A stretch of 64,000 nucleotides of DNA, from contig OY970303.1 in assembly GCA_963716255.1 (NCBI GenBank), positions 3,808,001 to 3,872,000 of the forward strand, written 5' to 3'. Positions 1 through 9,390 of the stretch are shown here, in pieces; the first letter of the stretch is position 1, and each line of letters opens with the position of its first letter. Origin of the DNA: an uncultured Gemmatimonadales bacterium (GTDB lineage Bacteria; Gemmatimonadota; Gemmatimonadetes; Longimicrobiales; Longimicrobiaceae). A model generated the notes under the pieces. The model worked only from the letters and a program-made list of their open reading frames with translations, did not search any database and was not told the DNA's origin. The translations under genes were made by a program, and so were the position numbers.

Positions 1-2
1 GC

Positions 3-911
3 GCCAGCATCGGCATCGCGCTGGGCGGCCCGGACGGCGCCGACCCCGACGACCTGCTGCGCGACGCCGCCGTGGCGCTGGGCGAGGCCCGGGCGCGCGG
101 CGGCAGCGGCCACGAGCTGGCCGGGAGCGAGCTGCGCGCCGGCGTGCGCTCGCGCGCCGAGCGCGAGGAGGAGCTGCGCCGCGCCATCGAGCGCAACGAG
201 CTGGCTCTGGTGTACCAGCCGGTGGTGTCGCTGCGCACCGGCGACGTCACCGGCTTCGAGGCGCTGGTCCGCTGGCGGCATCCCGAGCGCGGCACGGTAC
301 ACCCCTCCGAGTTCCTCCCGCTGGCCGAGGACACCGGGCTGATCCTGGCGGTGGACCGCTGGGTCCTGGGCGAGGCGTGCCGCCGGCTGCGCAGCTGGCA
401 GGACGAGTTCCCCGACCGCGAGTGCCGCATCAGCGTCAACCTTTCGGGCCGCCAGCTCGCCTCCCCCGGCGCCGCCGACCGTATCCGCGGCGCGCTGGAG
501 GAGTGCTCCGTCGCCCCGCTCTCGCTGCAGGTGGAGGTGCGCGAGCAGTCCCTTTCCGAGGGCGAGGAGCTGTCCGCCGCCGTGCTGCGCCGCATCGACG
601 AGCTGGGCGTCCGCGTGCAGATCGACGACTTCGGGTCCGGCGACGGCTCGCTCACCCGCCTGCGGCGCATCCCCGCGCACGTCCTCAAGATCGACCCCTC
701 GCTGCTGGAGGGCGGGGACGACATGGTGCGGGCCGCCGTGGGGATGGCGCACTCGCTGGACATCCGCGTGGTGGCCGAGGGGATCGAGACCACCGAGCAG
801 CTGGACCGCCTGCGCGCCATGGACTTCGACTTCGGCCAGGGCTACCTCTTCTCCGAGCCGGTGGACGGCGACCTGGCCGGCCTCCTCCTCAGCCGCAGAC
901 TCCCTCTGTAG
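3..911 (+). CDS. GGDEF-EAL protein, 5'-truncated by window edge
   Basis: Frame is open from position 3 (ASIGIA...DLLRDA, end of a GGDEF domain). EAL domain follows: YQPVV, GFEALVRW, SVNLS, IDDFGSG, LKID, VAEGIET, QGYLFS. Confidence 0.9.
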   Translation, partial: ASIGIALGGPDGADPDDLLRDAAVALGEARARGGSGHELAGSELRAGVRSRAEREEELRRAIERNELALVYQPVVSLRTGDVTGFEALVRWRHPERGTVHPSEFLPLAEDTGLILAVDRWVLGEACRRLRSWQDEFPDRECRISVNLSGRQLASPGAADRIRGALEECSVAPLSLQVEVREQSLSEGEELSAAVLRRIDELGVRVQIDDFGSGDGSLTRLRRIPAHVLKIDPSLLEGGDDMVRAAVGMAHSLDIRVVAEGIETTEQLDRLRAMDFDFGQGYLFSEPVDGDLAGLLLSRRLPL

Positions 912-998
912 GATTCCGGGAACGGACGTGGGCCGCCGCGCTTGCGCGCTTCCGTGCGCCCTCGCAGATTGCTGCCTTCCCCAGAGCCCCGGAACGAA

Positions 999-1481
999 AT
1001 GATCAATCCCACACGCCTGCGTCTGCTCAAGCAGGAAGTCGAGTGCATGAGCCGCTTCGCGCTCGGCATCGTCGACGAGCTCGAAGCGTCCATCGGGACT
1101 CCCGCCGAGAGCGATGCGCCCATCCTGGTGCAGGAGATCATCTCCGTCGTGGTGAAGATCTCCTACCTGCTGTGGCGCTTCGGGCGCCGCGTGACCGACA
1201 AGCACGGCCAGGCCGAGGCCGACTACCTGGTCCGGACCCTGGGCCTTTCCGACGCCTCCCCGCTCTCTCCCGCGAACATGTCGCGGCTCACCGAGATGCT
1301 CTCCTCCTCCACGGCCGAGCTGCGCGTGGCGGTGAACGCCGAGCTGATGACGGTGACGGTGCAGGGCGTCATGTACCCGCTGCGGCCCATCGTCGCCTCC
1401 CTGCGCGAGCTGCACACCGAGCTGGTCGAGGACCTGGCCGCGCCCGCCGCCGAGGACGCCGAGTTCTCCACCGACGCCTGA
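999..1481 (+). CDS. hypothetical protein
   Basis: ATG at 999 (MINPTRLRLL...), GC3-biased codons, no recognisable motif. Confidence 0.75.
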   Translation: MINPTRLRLLKQEVECMSRFALGIVDELEASIGTPAESDAPILVQEIISVVVKISYLLWRFGRRVTDKHGQAEADYLVRTLGLSDASPLSPANMSRLTEMLSSSTAELRVAVNAELMTVTVQGVMYPLRPIVASLRELHTELVEDLAAPAAEDAEFSTDA

Positions 1482-1750
1482 GCCGCCGCCGGACCCGGTC
1501 TCCCCGGGTCCGGCGCCCGGGTGTCGGCGCCGTCCCGCACCCGTTGCGCCGGCTCCACTTTCCCGCCGCCTCCCTCGCCCGCCGCCGCTGCCGCATCCGC
1601 GGCTCCGCTCCCGCAAGTCGTTCGTCCACAAGGCTTCTGCGCCGCTCCGCGCGATCCGCCTTGCGGGTGCACGTCTTGCCTTTTGCTCCACCGGAGGCAG
1701 GGGCCGCAGCTTCGCGCCCCGCCCCGCCCACACCCGCAACATCCCTCATC

Positions 1751-2254
1751 ATGACCGCGCCACGTGTCCTGATCCGCGATACCGGCCCCGAGGCCGACGT
1801 CCGCAGCGCCCCCGCCCGCCTGGGCGGTGCGTGGGCGCTGCTCGTCCCCACGGGCCTCATTTTCTTGCTGGTGGGCGCGGCCGACCTGGCCCTGGTGTGG
1901 TACCCGCTCGGGTTCGGCTCCGCCGAGTGGGAGTTCGGGTCGGTGACCTCCATGCTGAACGGGCTCCCGGTGCTGGTCATGGGGCTCGTGTTCCTCGCCA
2001 TGGCCGCCGTGGCGTCCGGGCGCCGCTGGGCCGGGCGCGGGATCGCGACCGTGCTCGTGCTGCTCGCCGTGACGGTGGTGCTCATGGCGGCGCTGTACGC
2101 CACCACGGTCCCCATCGCGCTCAAGGCGGTGCCGAACCCCACGGTCGCGCTGGGCCTCAAGAAGGCCATCGCGAAGACCACCATCCAGGCCGCCGTGTAC
2201 CCGGTGCTGCTCATCTGGCTGGCGATTTCCGCGTGGCGGCGCTCGGGGCAATAA
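1751..2254 (+). CDS. multi-pass membrane protein, HpsJ-like (paralog of 44554-45081)
   Basis: About four hydrophobic segments. The DLALVWYPLGFGSAEWEFGSV...LPVLVMGLVF segment resembles HpsJ-like proteins (by eye). Confidence 0.6.
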   Translation: MTAPRVLIRDTGPEADVRSAPARLGGAWALLVPTGLIFLLVGAADLALVWYPLGFGSAEWEFGSVTSMLNGLPVLVMGLVFLAMAAVASGRRWAGRGIATVLVLLAVTVVLMAALYATTVPIALKAVPNPTVALGLKKAIAKTTIQAAVYPVLLIWLAISAWRRSGQ

Positions 2255-2278
2255 ACGGCACGGCATTACTGCGGGTTT

Positions 2279-2407
2279 GGGCGTGACCCCGGCTGGCGCC
2301 GGGGTCGGGCTTCGGCTCCGTAGCAAACGATACTACCGTTTGCAACGGAGTCGAGCCCCGCGAAACTGCCCGCGGGTCTCGCCCCTTCGGGCCGAAATCC
2401 CTCACGC
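2279..2407 (+). repeat. ~128-nt structured dispersed element, copy 1
   Basis: GGGCGTG-CCCCGGCTGGCGCCGGGG-TCGGGCTTCGGCTCCGTA-[gcaaacg atactac cgtttgc]-AACGGAGTCGAGCCC...AAACTGC...CCCTTCGGG...CCCTCACGC; starts about 25 nt after the stop at 2254. Confidence 0.95.
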
Positions 2408-2462
2408 AAGTGCCTTCCCCACCTTGATATCCAGCAGTAGCCCCCTCTCGCGGAATTGGGAG

Positions 2463-2496
2463 AGGGTGGCGGCTCCAAGGCCGCCGGGTGAGGGCC
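2463..2496 (+). repeat. short GC-rich REP-like repeat (second copy at 3504-3537)
   Basis: agggtggcggctc-NN-aggccgccgggtg(a/g)gggcc occurs at both sites; internal hairpin ggcggc/gccgcc. Confidence 0.75.
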
Positions 2497-2595
2497 ATCC
2501 GGGCGCGAATCCCTCACGCGCACCGCCAAAAACGACGGGGCCCCGGCGGACGCCGCGGGCCCCGTCGCGTGTCCGGGGGATCGCTTGCCCGCGGT

Positions 2596-3243
2596 CTAGG
2601 GCAGGGGGGCGGACCGCTCGGCCGTCCAGTCGTGCAGCGGCTGCATGCGCCGCTTCGCGTCGCGCAGGAAAGCTTCCCACGGGAGCGGGGCGTGCATGGC
2701 CAGGGTGAAGGTGAGGTGGGGAGACACCGGGCCCTCCACGCGGCGGCGGCTGGATTCGAGGGTCACCTGCTGCGTCGCCCGGCCCAGGTGGTCCCGCGTC
2801 TCGTCCAGGCACGCCAGCGCGCCGTCGAGCGCGCGGCGCCAGGCCTCCTCCCCCAGCCGGCCGAGCGGGATCGGCGTGGGACGGATCTGGGCCTCCATGA
2901 TGCGCGGCCGGGCCGTCGCCTGCCAGAAGTCGCGCGCCCAGAGCACCTCGATCCGCTCGGCGTCGTCCGTGCGCCGCGCGAGGCCGGGGAGCGTGGGGTC
3001 CTCCAGCTCGCGCCGGATCAGGCGCGCAACCGGCCAGCCGTCGTACTTCATCCCCTCCAGGTTCACCCCCACCCACTTCCTCCCGCCCTGCGGGTCGACC
3101 CCGGCGCTCCACTGGACCCCCTCGCTGCCGTCGCTCAGGCCGCCCGTGCGGATGGACGGGCTGCCGAACGGGAAGCCCTCGCCGAACACCGTCCGGAAGG
3201 CGCGGTGCAGTTCCTCGCCCTCGCTGCCGAGCCATTCGAGCAT
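2596..3243 (-). CDS. hypothetical protein
   Basis: Probable ATG at 3243 (MLEWLGSEG...); the longer ORF call runs into the repeat element. Confidence 0.7.
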   Translation of the reverse strand: MLEWLGSEGEELHRAFRTVFGEGFPFGSPSIRTGGLSDGSEGVQWSAGVDPQGGRKWVGVNLEGMKYDGWPVARLIRRELEDPTLPGLARRTDDAERIEVLWARDFWQATARPRIMEAQIRPTPIPLGRLGEEAWRRALDGALACLDETRDHLGRATQQVTLESSRRRVEGPVSPHLTFTLAMHAPLPWEAFLRDAKRRMQPLHDWTAERSAPLP

Positions 3244-3281
3244 GCTTTCCGTCCTGTGAAGCGGGTTAAACGGCGGGGTTC

Positions 3282-3409
3282 GGGCGTGCCCCCGGCTGCG
3301 CCGGGGTCGGGCTGCGGCTCCGTAAAGCACGATACAACCGTGCTTAACGGAGGCGAGCCCCGCCAAACTGCCGGCGGGTCTCGCCGCTTCGCGCTCGCAT
3401 CCCTCACGC
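3282..3409 (+). repeat. structured dispersed element, copy 2
   Basis: Same scaffold as copy 1; variable stem aagcacg/atacaac/cgtgctt. Confidence 0.95.
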
Positions 3410-3503
3410 GGGTATCGCGCTGGCGTCCGTGGGGGCCCCCTCCCCCCGGCCCCCTCCCCCGCAAGCGGGAGAGGGGGAGCACGGCACGACGAGCCCGAGG
3501 GTC

Positions 3504-3537
3504 AGGGTGGCGGCTCTCAGGCCGCCGGGTGGGGGCC
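3504..3537 (+). repeat. short GC-rich REP-like repeat (copy of 2463-2496)
   Basis: Near-identical to 2463-2496. Confidence 0.75.
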
Positions 3538-3692
3538 CGCGGGCCAGCTCGGCGTCTACGCATGGCACCGCCGTTTCCCTCTCTCCCAGGATGCCGAGCG
3601 AGCCGGGTGAGGGCCCGGCGCCGCAGGTTCGAAGCCAGCGGGGCGGCCGGGAAACGCTCCCGGCCGCCCCGCTGCACGCCGACAGCCACCCG

Positions 3693-4955
3693 TTACGGCG
3701 TCACGATAGGCAGCACGACCACTTCCGGGGAGGGCGCCGAGCACACCTTGTTGTTGCACGCCCGTACCTGGTACCCGTAGGCCGTGTTCGACGCGACGGA
3801 GATATCCACGTACTCCCTCACCCCCGCGCCCACCCTTGCGATCTCCACGGGCGAGCTGACGCTGCCGCCGCGCCGCTCGATCCGGAATTCGGTCTCGTTG
3901 GCGCTGTTGTCCGCCCACGTCACCCGCACCCCGCCGGGAACGCGCACCGCCGCGGTCGCCGAGGGAGCCGCCGGGCGGAAGGGCGAGTCCTCGCCCACCA
4001 CCTCCAGGCTGGCGTTGGGGCGCAGCCACCAGCTGCCGTCGCGCGTCCCCGGGACCAGCACCCCCGTGGCGTGCACCACCAGCCCCGGGATAAAGCGGTT
4101 GACCGCGAAGGCGACGCCGCTGCCGATGGGCACGTCCACCGGTCCCGAGCCGTCGTCCAGGCGCACGAAGGAGCGCCCGTCCGCGTTCACCGTGTCCACC
4201 AGCGTGGCGTTCCTCACCTGCACCTGCACCGCGTCCAGCGTCCCGCCCCCGCCGGCCGACGCGGCCGTGGTGGAGAGCACCGAGGGCGCGGGGAGGCTGA
4301 TGATGGAGGTGAGCACGAAGAGCGTCGCGTTGTCCAGGATCGGCTGGCCGCGGAAGCGGCCCGTGGTCCCCAGCACGCGCACGCTGTCGCCCGGCAGGCT
4401 CCCCAGGTCGATGCTGGTGGGCGACTGCAGGCGCGTCGCGCGGATGCCGCGCCCGCCGCTGGTCAGGTGGGCCGTGTCGCCGTAGGCGGCCACCACCAGC
4501 CCCTCCACGAACACCCGGCGCCCCGCCGGGAGGGCGCGCGCCTCCGTTACCGTCACCCGGGGAAAGCTCACCGGCACCACCGCCGCCACCGTGGAGTCCG
4601 GGACCACGGTGACCTCCCCCAGCGGCGCCGCCTGCAGGCTGTCGCCCAGGCGCGCAGGGTCCAGGGTGACCCGGTAGCGCCCCACCGGCACGTCGCGGAT
4701 GGTGTAGAGCCCCGAGGTGTCGGTGGTGGCCCGCGCCACCACCGCGCCGGAGCCGGGCGACACCAGCCGCACCTCCACGCTGCGGAAGGGCTGGTCCGTG
4801 GGCGAGTCGGGGATCCCGTTGCCGTTCAGGTCGCGGTACACCCCTCCGGCGACCGAGCCCGTCGCGTCCACCTCCAGGACGCTTCCGCCGGAGTCGCACC
4901 CGGCCGCGAGCGCCGCGGCGCCCAGGAGGAGCGCGTAGAGCGAGAGATTGCGCAT
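3693..4955 (-). CDS. lipoprotein with SdrD-B/carboxypeptidase-regulatory-like domain, OB-fold-like regions and C-terminal FN3 domain
   Basis: Lipobox LAAGC; GGVYRDLNGNG...TTDTSGLYTIRDVPVGRY; VTWADNSANETEFRIER...YQVRACN (FN3). Confidence 0.8.
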   Translation of the reverse strand: MRNLSLYALLLGAAALAAGCDSGGSVLEVDATGSVAGGVYRDLNGNGIPDSPTDQPFRSVEVRLVSPGSGAVVARATTDTSGLYTIRDVPVGRYRVTLDPARLGDSLQAAPLGEVTVVPDSTVAAVVPVSFPRVTVTEARALPAGRRVFVEGLVVAAYGDTAHLTSGGRGIRATRLQSPTSIDLGSLPGDSVRVLGTTGRFRGQPILDNATLFVLTSIISLPAPSVLSTTAASAGGGGTLDAVQVQVRNATLVDTVNADGRSFVRLDDGSGPVDVPIGSGVAFAVNRFIPGLVVHATGVLVPGTRDGSWWLRPNASLEVVGEDSPFRPAAPSATAAVRVPGGVRVTWADNSANETEFRIERRGGSVSSPVEIARVGAGVREYVDISVASNTAYGYQVRACNNKVCSAPSPEVVVLPIVTP

Positions 4956-4956
4956 G

Positions 4957-7944
4957 TCAGTAGCTCACCTGGAAACCGATGCGGAGGGTGCGGCCGGTCG
5001 CGAAGCGGGCGATCGGGTCGCCGAAGTTGGGATTGGCCGACAGCGGCACCGTCACCTGCCCGTTCGCCGTCCCCAGCGCCCCCGCCGGGTCCACCAGGTA
5101 CAGGGCGCGGTCCACCTCCCCCTCGTCCGAGGAAAGCAGGTTCAGCCCGTCCACCACCAGGCTCGCCGAGCGGCGGCCGCCGCGCAGCAGGTCCAGGGAA
5201 ATGCGCGCGTCCAGCGCGTGCACCCCCGGCTCGCGGCAGGCGTTGCGCTCCGCGAAGCCGCCCACCTGGCTGCCCAGGCATGCCCACCCGTCCTGCGCCT
5301 CCGCGAAGCCGGGCACGTCGTCGTCCACGAAGGCCGGGTCGTTGCGCGCCGAGCCGTCGCCGTTGGCGTCCACCCCCGGGCGGAATCCCGGGGTGAAGGG
5401 GTAGCCCGAGCGGAAGCGGTACAGCGCCGCCAGGCGCGGCGCGATCCGCCCGCCCAGGCTCAGCTCCGCCCCCAGCACCGCGCGGTGGGGCACGTCGAAG
5501 TCCGAGCGCCCGTCCGTCCAGTCGTCGTCGTCGTCCGCGCCCGGGAAGGGCGGGAGCTGCGCGTCCGCCCAGCCGCTGCGCGCGCCCACCCAGTTGTCCT
5601 GCGTGTCCGAGAAGGTGTAGCTCCCGAAGGCCGCCAGCCCCGTGGCCGGGCGGTGCTCGAAGGCCACCGTCGCCGCCCGGTACTCCGACCACCCGTCGTT
5701 GTTGAGCGCCCACACCCGGTCGAAGCCGCCGAAGCGGCGGTTGGAGCCCGGCTGCGCGTAGAGCAGCGCCCCCTGCTTGGCCAGCGTCCCGAAGACCGGG
5801 CGTCCGCCGGCGCCGGTCGCCGCCGGGGTGGTCGCCAGGTTGAGGTCGGTGCGGCGGGGGAGGAAGTCCGTGCGCCGGTACGCCGCCGACAGGTGCAGCG
5901 TCCCCGCCGTGCCCAGGGCGCGGCTGATGCCCAGGCTGCCGCGCGCGCTGCGCGGCGCCTGGTAGTCCGGGGCCAGCAGCGACAGCGTGGGCCCCGTCTC
6001 CGTCCCCACGCTCTGCGGGAAGCCCGGCCAGCCGGCCAGCGAGCCGGCGCCGCGGCGCACCCGCAGCGCGCCGTCGTTGGCCAGCACCTCGCCGATCACC
6101 GCCGGGTCCGCCGCGTCGAAGTAGATCCCCGCCGCGCCCCGCACCACCCAGCGGTGCTGCTCCCCCTGGTCCCACTGGAAGCCGGCGCGCGGCCCCAGCA
6201 TCACCTTGCCCTTGCCGACGGCGGAATTGTCCAGTCCGGTCAGCTCCTCCCACTCCTCGTTGAGGCTCGCCTCGCCGTCCGGGAGCACGTCGAAGTCGGC
6301 GCGGAGCCCCAGGAGGATCTCCAGCCCCGGCGCCGTGGTCCAGGTGTCCTGCAGGTACGCCGAGAAACGGGGGAGGGTGAAGCCGGCCGTGGGGAGCGTC
6401 CCCGCCGGCTGCACGAACAGTCCCTGCCCGCCGGCGAAGGCGTCCAGCGTGGAAAAGAAGAACTCGCCCGTCCCGTCCGGGACGTAGCTCCCCTCGTAGC
6501 GGGCCGCGCTCACCGCGGCGCCGCCCTTGATGCGGTGGACGCCCGCCCGGTACTGGAGCGTTTCGGAGGCGTGGAAGGTTGTGCGCGAGAAGTCGCCCGC
6601 GTAGCCGCCGGTGCCCAGCAGCAGCCCGGCCGCGGCGATGGAGGTGGCGGGGAGCCCCCCGGCCGCCTCGCCCGAGCGGTCGCGGCGGCTCACGTCCACC
6701 CCCACGCGGGCCTCCTGGGCCAGCGTGGGAGAGAGCTGGGAGGCCAGCGTCGCCGCGCCCGACAGGTCCATCCCCTCCGACCCGCCTCCCGCGCGGTCCA
6801 GCCAGGCCCCCGCGCCGTCGTCCGGCGCGCTCACCGCGGCCAGGTTGCCGCGCACCGTGAGCGAGGTCGCGTCGGAGAACTGCCAGTCCAGCCGCCCGAA
6901 GCCGGAAAGCACTTCGGTGGTCAGCAGCCGCCCGTCGGCGCCGCCCAGCGCCACCCCGTACGCGTCCTCCGCGAGCCGCGCCGCGCTGTCCGAGGCCGCG
7001 GCGAAGGCCAGCCCGTACTGCAGCGGCGTCTCGAAGCGGCGCGCCTCCACCCCCAGCACGAAGCTGGCGGTGTCGCGGACGATGGGGCCGCTGAGCAGCA
7101 CCCCGCCCTGCATGGAGCCGTGCGACACCGCATCGCCGGCGAACGGGTCCGAGCCCTCCAGCGAGCCCGCGCCCCAGCTGCCGAAGCCCGCGACGCGGAA
7201 GTCGCGGGTGCCGCGCCGCGTGTAGCCGCTCAGCGCCCCGCCCCCGAAGCCGCTCCACTCCACGTCCGGCGAGCCGGTGACCAGCTCCGCCTGGTCCAGC
7301 ACCTGGAGGGGGAAGGGCACCCTCCCCGCCGGGTCCGCCGCGGCTCCCGGGCGGCGCGCCGCGTCGAAGGGAACGCCGTCGATCACCACGCCGGTCATGC
7401 GGGCGGGGAGCCCCTCCACCTCCAGCCCCGGGCCCGCCATGCTGGAGAGCCGCGCCAGCTCGTCGATGGCGAAGCGCTCCGAGGGGAGCCCCGTCACCTC
7501 CAGCGGCGTGAACCACTGCGCCAGCCCGGCCCGCGAGCCCGCCAGCACCCCGGAACTCCAGGAAGCGGAGTCCACCCGCTCCGCCGTGGGCGCGGAGGGG
7601 TTGAGGACGACGCGCAGCTCCACGTTCTGGCCGGGCCGCAGCGTCACCCCGCTCAGCCGGCGCGGCGCGTACCCGATGCGCTCCACCAGCAGGTCGTAGC
7701 TGCCGGAGGGGAGGAAGCCGGCGGCGAAGCGCCCGCCGGCGGAGATCGCCAGGGCGCGGGTGGAGCCGCCGGAGGCGTCGGTCAGGAGAATGCTGGCATC
7801 GTTCAGCAGGCTACCATCGGCGCTCCGGACGGTCCCCTCCAGCGTGCCGCTGGTCACGCTCTGCCCGGCCAGCGGCGGGGCGGCGAGGGCGAGCAGCACG
7901 GCGAGGCAGACGTTCCATGCGGAGCGACGGCGCGGACGGTTCAT
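4957..7944 (-). CDS. TonB-dependent receptor (Oar-like) with N-terminal carboxypeptidase-regulatory-like domain
   Basis: ATG 7944, signal peptide, GTLEGTVRSADG..., SGPIVRD, SAYLQDTW, PRAGFQWD, GRSDFDVPHR, C-terminal RIGFQVSY beta-signal; 1 nt from the next gene. Confidence 0.85.
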   Translation of the reverse strand: MNRPRRRSAWNVCLAVLLALAAPPLAGQSVTSGTLEGTVRSADGSLLNDASILLTDASGGSTRALAISAGGRFAAGFLPSGSYDLLVERIGYAPRRLSGVTLRPGQNVELRVVLNPSAPTAERVDSASWSSGVLAGSRAGLAQWFTPLEVTGLPSERFAIDELARLSSMAGPGLEVEGLPARMTGVVIDGVPFDAARRPGAAADPAGRVPFPLQVLDQAELVTGSPDVEWSGFGGGALSGYTRRGTRDFRVAGFGSWGAGSLEGSDPFAGDAVSHGSMQGGVLLSGPIVRDTASFVLGVEARRFETPLQYGLAFAAASDSAARLAEDAYGVALGGADGRLLTTEVLSGFGRLDWQFSDATSLTVRGNLAAVSAPDDGAGAWLDRAGGGSEGMDLSGAATLASQLSPTLAQEARVGVDVSRRDRSGEAAGGLPATSIAAAGLLLGTGGYAGDFSRTTFHASETLQYRAGVHRIKGGAAVSAARYEGSYVPDGTGEFFFSTLDAFAGGQGLFVQPAGTLPTAGFTLPRFSAYLQDTWTTAPGLEILLGLRADFDVLPDGEASLNEEWEELTGLDNSAVGKGKVMLGPRAGFQWDQGEQHRWVVRGAAGIYFDAADPAVIGEVLANDGALRVRRGAGSLAGWPGFPQSVGTETGPTLSLLAPDYQAPRSARGSLGISRALGTAGTLHLSAAYRRTDFLPRRTDLNLATTPAATGAGGRPVFGTLAKQGALLYAQPGSNRRFGGFDRVWALNNDGWSEYRAATVAFEHRPATGLAAFGSYTFSDTQDNWVGARSGWADAQLPPFPGADDDDDWTDGRSDFDVPHRAVLGAELSLGGRIAPRLAALYRFRSGYPFTPGFRPGVDANGDGSARNDPAFVDDDVPGFAEAQDGWACLGSQVGGFAERNACREPGVHALDARISLDLLRGGRRSASLVVDGLNLLSSDEGEVDRALYLVDPAGALGTANGQVTVPLSANPNFGDPIARFATGRTLRIGFQVSY

Positions 7945-8017
7945 GGCGATCCGGTGAGTCGGGACAGTGAGGCGAGCCGATGCGGAAGGTGCACGGGGTC
8001 GTCCGGGGGTGCGGGAA

Positions 8018-8033
8018 AGCACGCCGCATGCCG
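8018..8033 (-). promoter_or_regulatory. candidate sigma-54 -24/-12 promoter (TonB receptor operon)
   Basis: CGGCATG-CGGC-GTGCT, exact GG-N10-GC spacing; paired palindromes upstream at 8128-8165. Confidence 0.6.
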
Positions 8034-8264
8034 GGCGCGCTCCCCCTCCCGCGGCGCCGCCGGCCGGGAAAAGGCCAGCGGGCGCGCGGCTCGCGCCGCA
8101 AAGGCCGACCGGCGCGTCCCCCGCGCTCCATGCAGGACCGCAACACCTGTTGGATCCGCCCGACCCGGCGGGCGGCGGCGTGGGCCTCACAAATGTCGGG
8201 GCGGAGCCGCACGCCAGCAAGGCGGCTCCGCCCCGGGAGGAGGCGCGGCGGGGGCGCGGGGGCC

Positions 8265-9332
8265 TCAGGCCACCGCGCCGAGTGGCACCTCCACGGCGGG
8301 CTCCGCGCGGCGGGCGAAGTCGCGGGCGTACCAGTCCAGCGCCTCCCGCAGGCCGTCCGCCACCGTGTGCGTGGGCTCGTACCCCAGCAGCGTGCGCACG
8401 CGAGAGATGTCCGCCTGCGACTCGCGCACGTCGCCCGCCCGCGCCTCGCGGTACAGGGGCAGGCGGCCGCGCAGCTCCGGGCTGTGGGCGGCCAGCCCGT
8501 CGCGGATCAGAAAGAACAGCTCGTTCAGGGTGGTGCGCTCGCCGCAGGCCACGTTGTACACGTGGTCGGTGGCCTCCTCCGGGGCGGCCGCGGCCAGCAG
8601 GTTCGCCTGCACCACGTTGGCCACGTAGCAGAAGTCGCGGCTGTTCTCGCCGTCGCCGTTGATGGCGCAGGGCTCCCCCGTGAGCAGGTTCCTCACCCAG
8701 ATGGGGATCACCGCCGCGTAGGGCCCCTCCGGGTCCTGGCGCCGGCCGAAGATGTTGAAGTAGCGCAGCCCCACCGTCTGGATCCCGTAGGCGCGCTGGT
8801 ACACCCCTGCGTACAGCTCGTTGACGTGCTTGGTCACCGCGTACGGCGAGAGCGCCCGGCCGATGTCGTCCTCGGTCTTGGGGAGGCCGGGCGAGTCGCC
8901 GTAGGTGGCGCTGGAGGCCGCGTACACGAAGCGCTTCACGCCGGCATCGCGGGCGGCCGTGAGCACGCTCAGGAAGCCGTTGACGTTGACGTCGTTGGCG
9001 AGCAGCGGCTGCTCCAGCGACAGGGGAACCGAGCCCAGCGCCGCGTGGTGGAGCACGTGGTCCACCCCGCGGCACGCCTCGCGGCAGGCGCGCAGGTCGC
9101 GGATGTCCCCCTCCAGCAGGCGGAAGCGGCGCAGGCGCGCCGGGTCGCCCCGCAGCGCCTCGTCCAGGTTGCGGGCGTGCCCCGTGGAGAAGTTGTCCAT
9201 CCCCACCACCGTCTGCCCCAGGTCGAGCAGGGCGTCCACCAGGTTGGACCCGATGAAGCCCGCGGCACCCGTGACGAGCCACGTCCGGGGACTGCGGCGC
9301 AGAAGGTCCTTCACTTCCTCGTAGCGACTCAT
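8265..9332 (-). CDS. UDP-GlcNAc/GalNAc(A) C4-epimerase, WbpP/TviC-like SDR
   Basis: GAAGFIG, HHAALGSVP, YAASSATYG, SPYAVTK, LRYFNIFGRRQDP, RDFCYV. Confidence 0.92.
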   Translation of the reverse strand: MSRYEEVKDLLRRSPRTWLVTGAAGFIGSNLVDALLDLGQTVVGMDNFSTGHARNLDEALRGDPARLRRFRLLEGDIRDLRACREACRGVDHVLHHAALGSVPLSLEQPLLANDVNVNGFLSVLTAARDAGVKRFVYAASSATYGDSPGLPKTEDDIGRALSPYAVTKHVNELYAGVYQRAYGIQTVGLRYFNIFGRRQDPEGPYAAVIPIWVRNLLTGEPCAINGDGENSRDFCYVANVVQANLLAAAAPEEATDHVYNVACGERTTLNELFFLIRDGLAAHSPELRGRLPLYREARAGDVRESQADISRVRTLLGYEPTHTVADGLREALDWYARDFARRAEPAVEVPLGAVA

Positions 9333-9390
9333 CGAGCCTCGGGAGTGTGCGTTCGGTCGTATGGGGGCGCGGGCGGTGGGCCCGCGCGGC

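Noticed and set aside
2279..2407. Element as a hammerhead ribozyme or tRNA
   Set aside because: GAAA is present but there is no CUGANGA core, no T-loop/D-loop consensus and no CCA end.
2266..2529. Small ORFs with recurring peptides (CPRLAPGSGFGSV, YGAEARPRRQPG) as a gene family
   Set aside because: They are translations of the repeat in varying frames and strands; substitutions preserve base pairing rather than codons.
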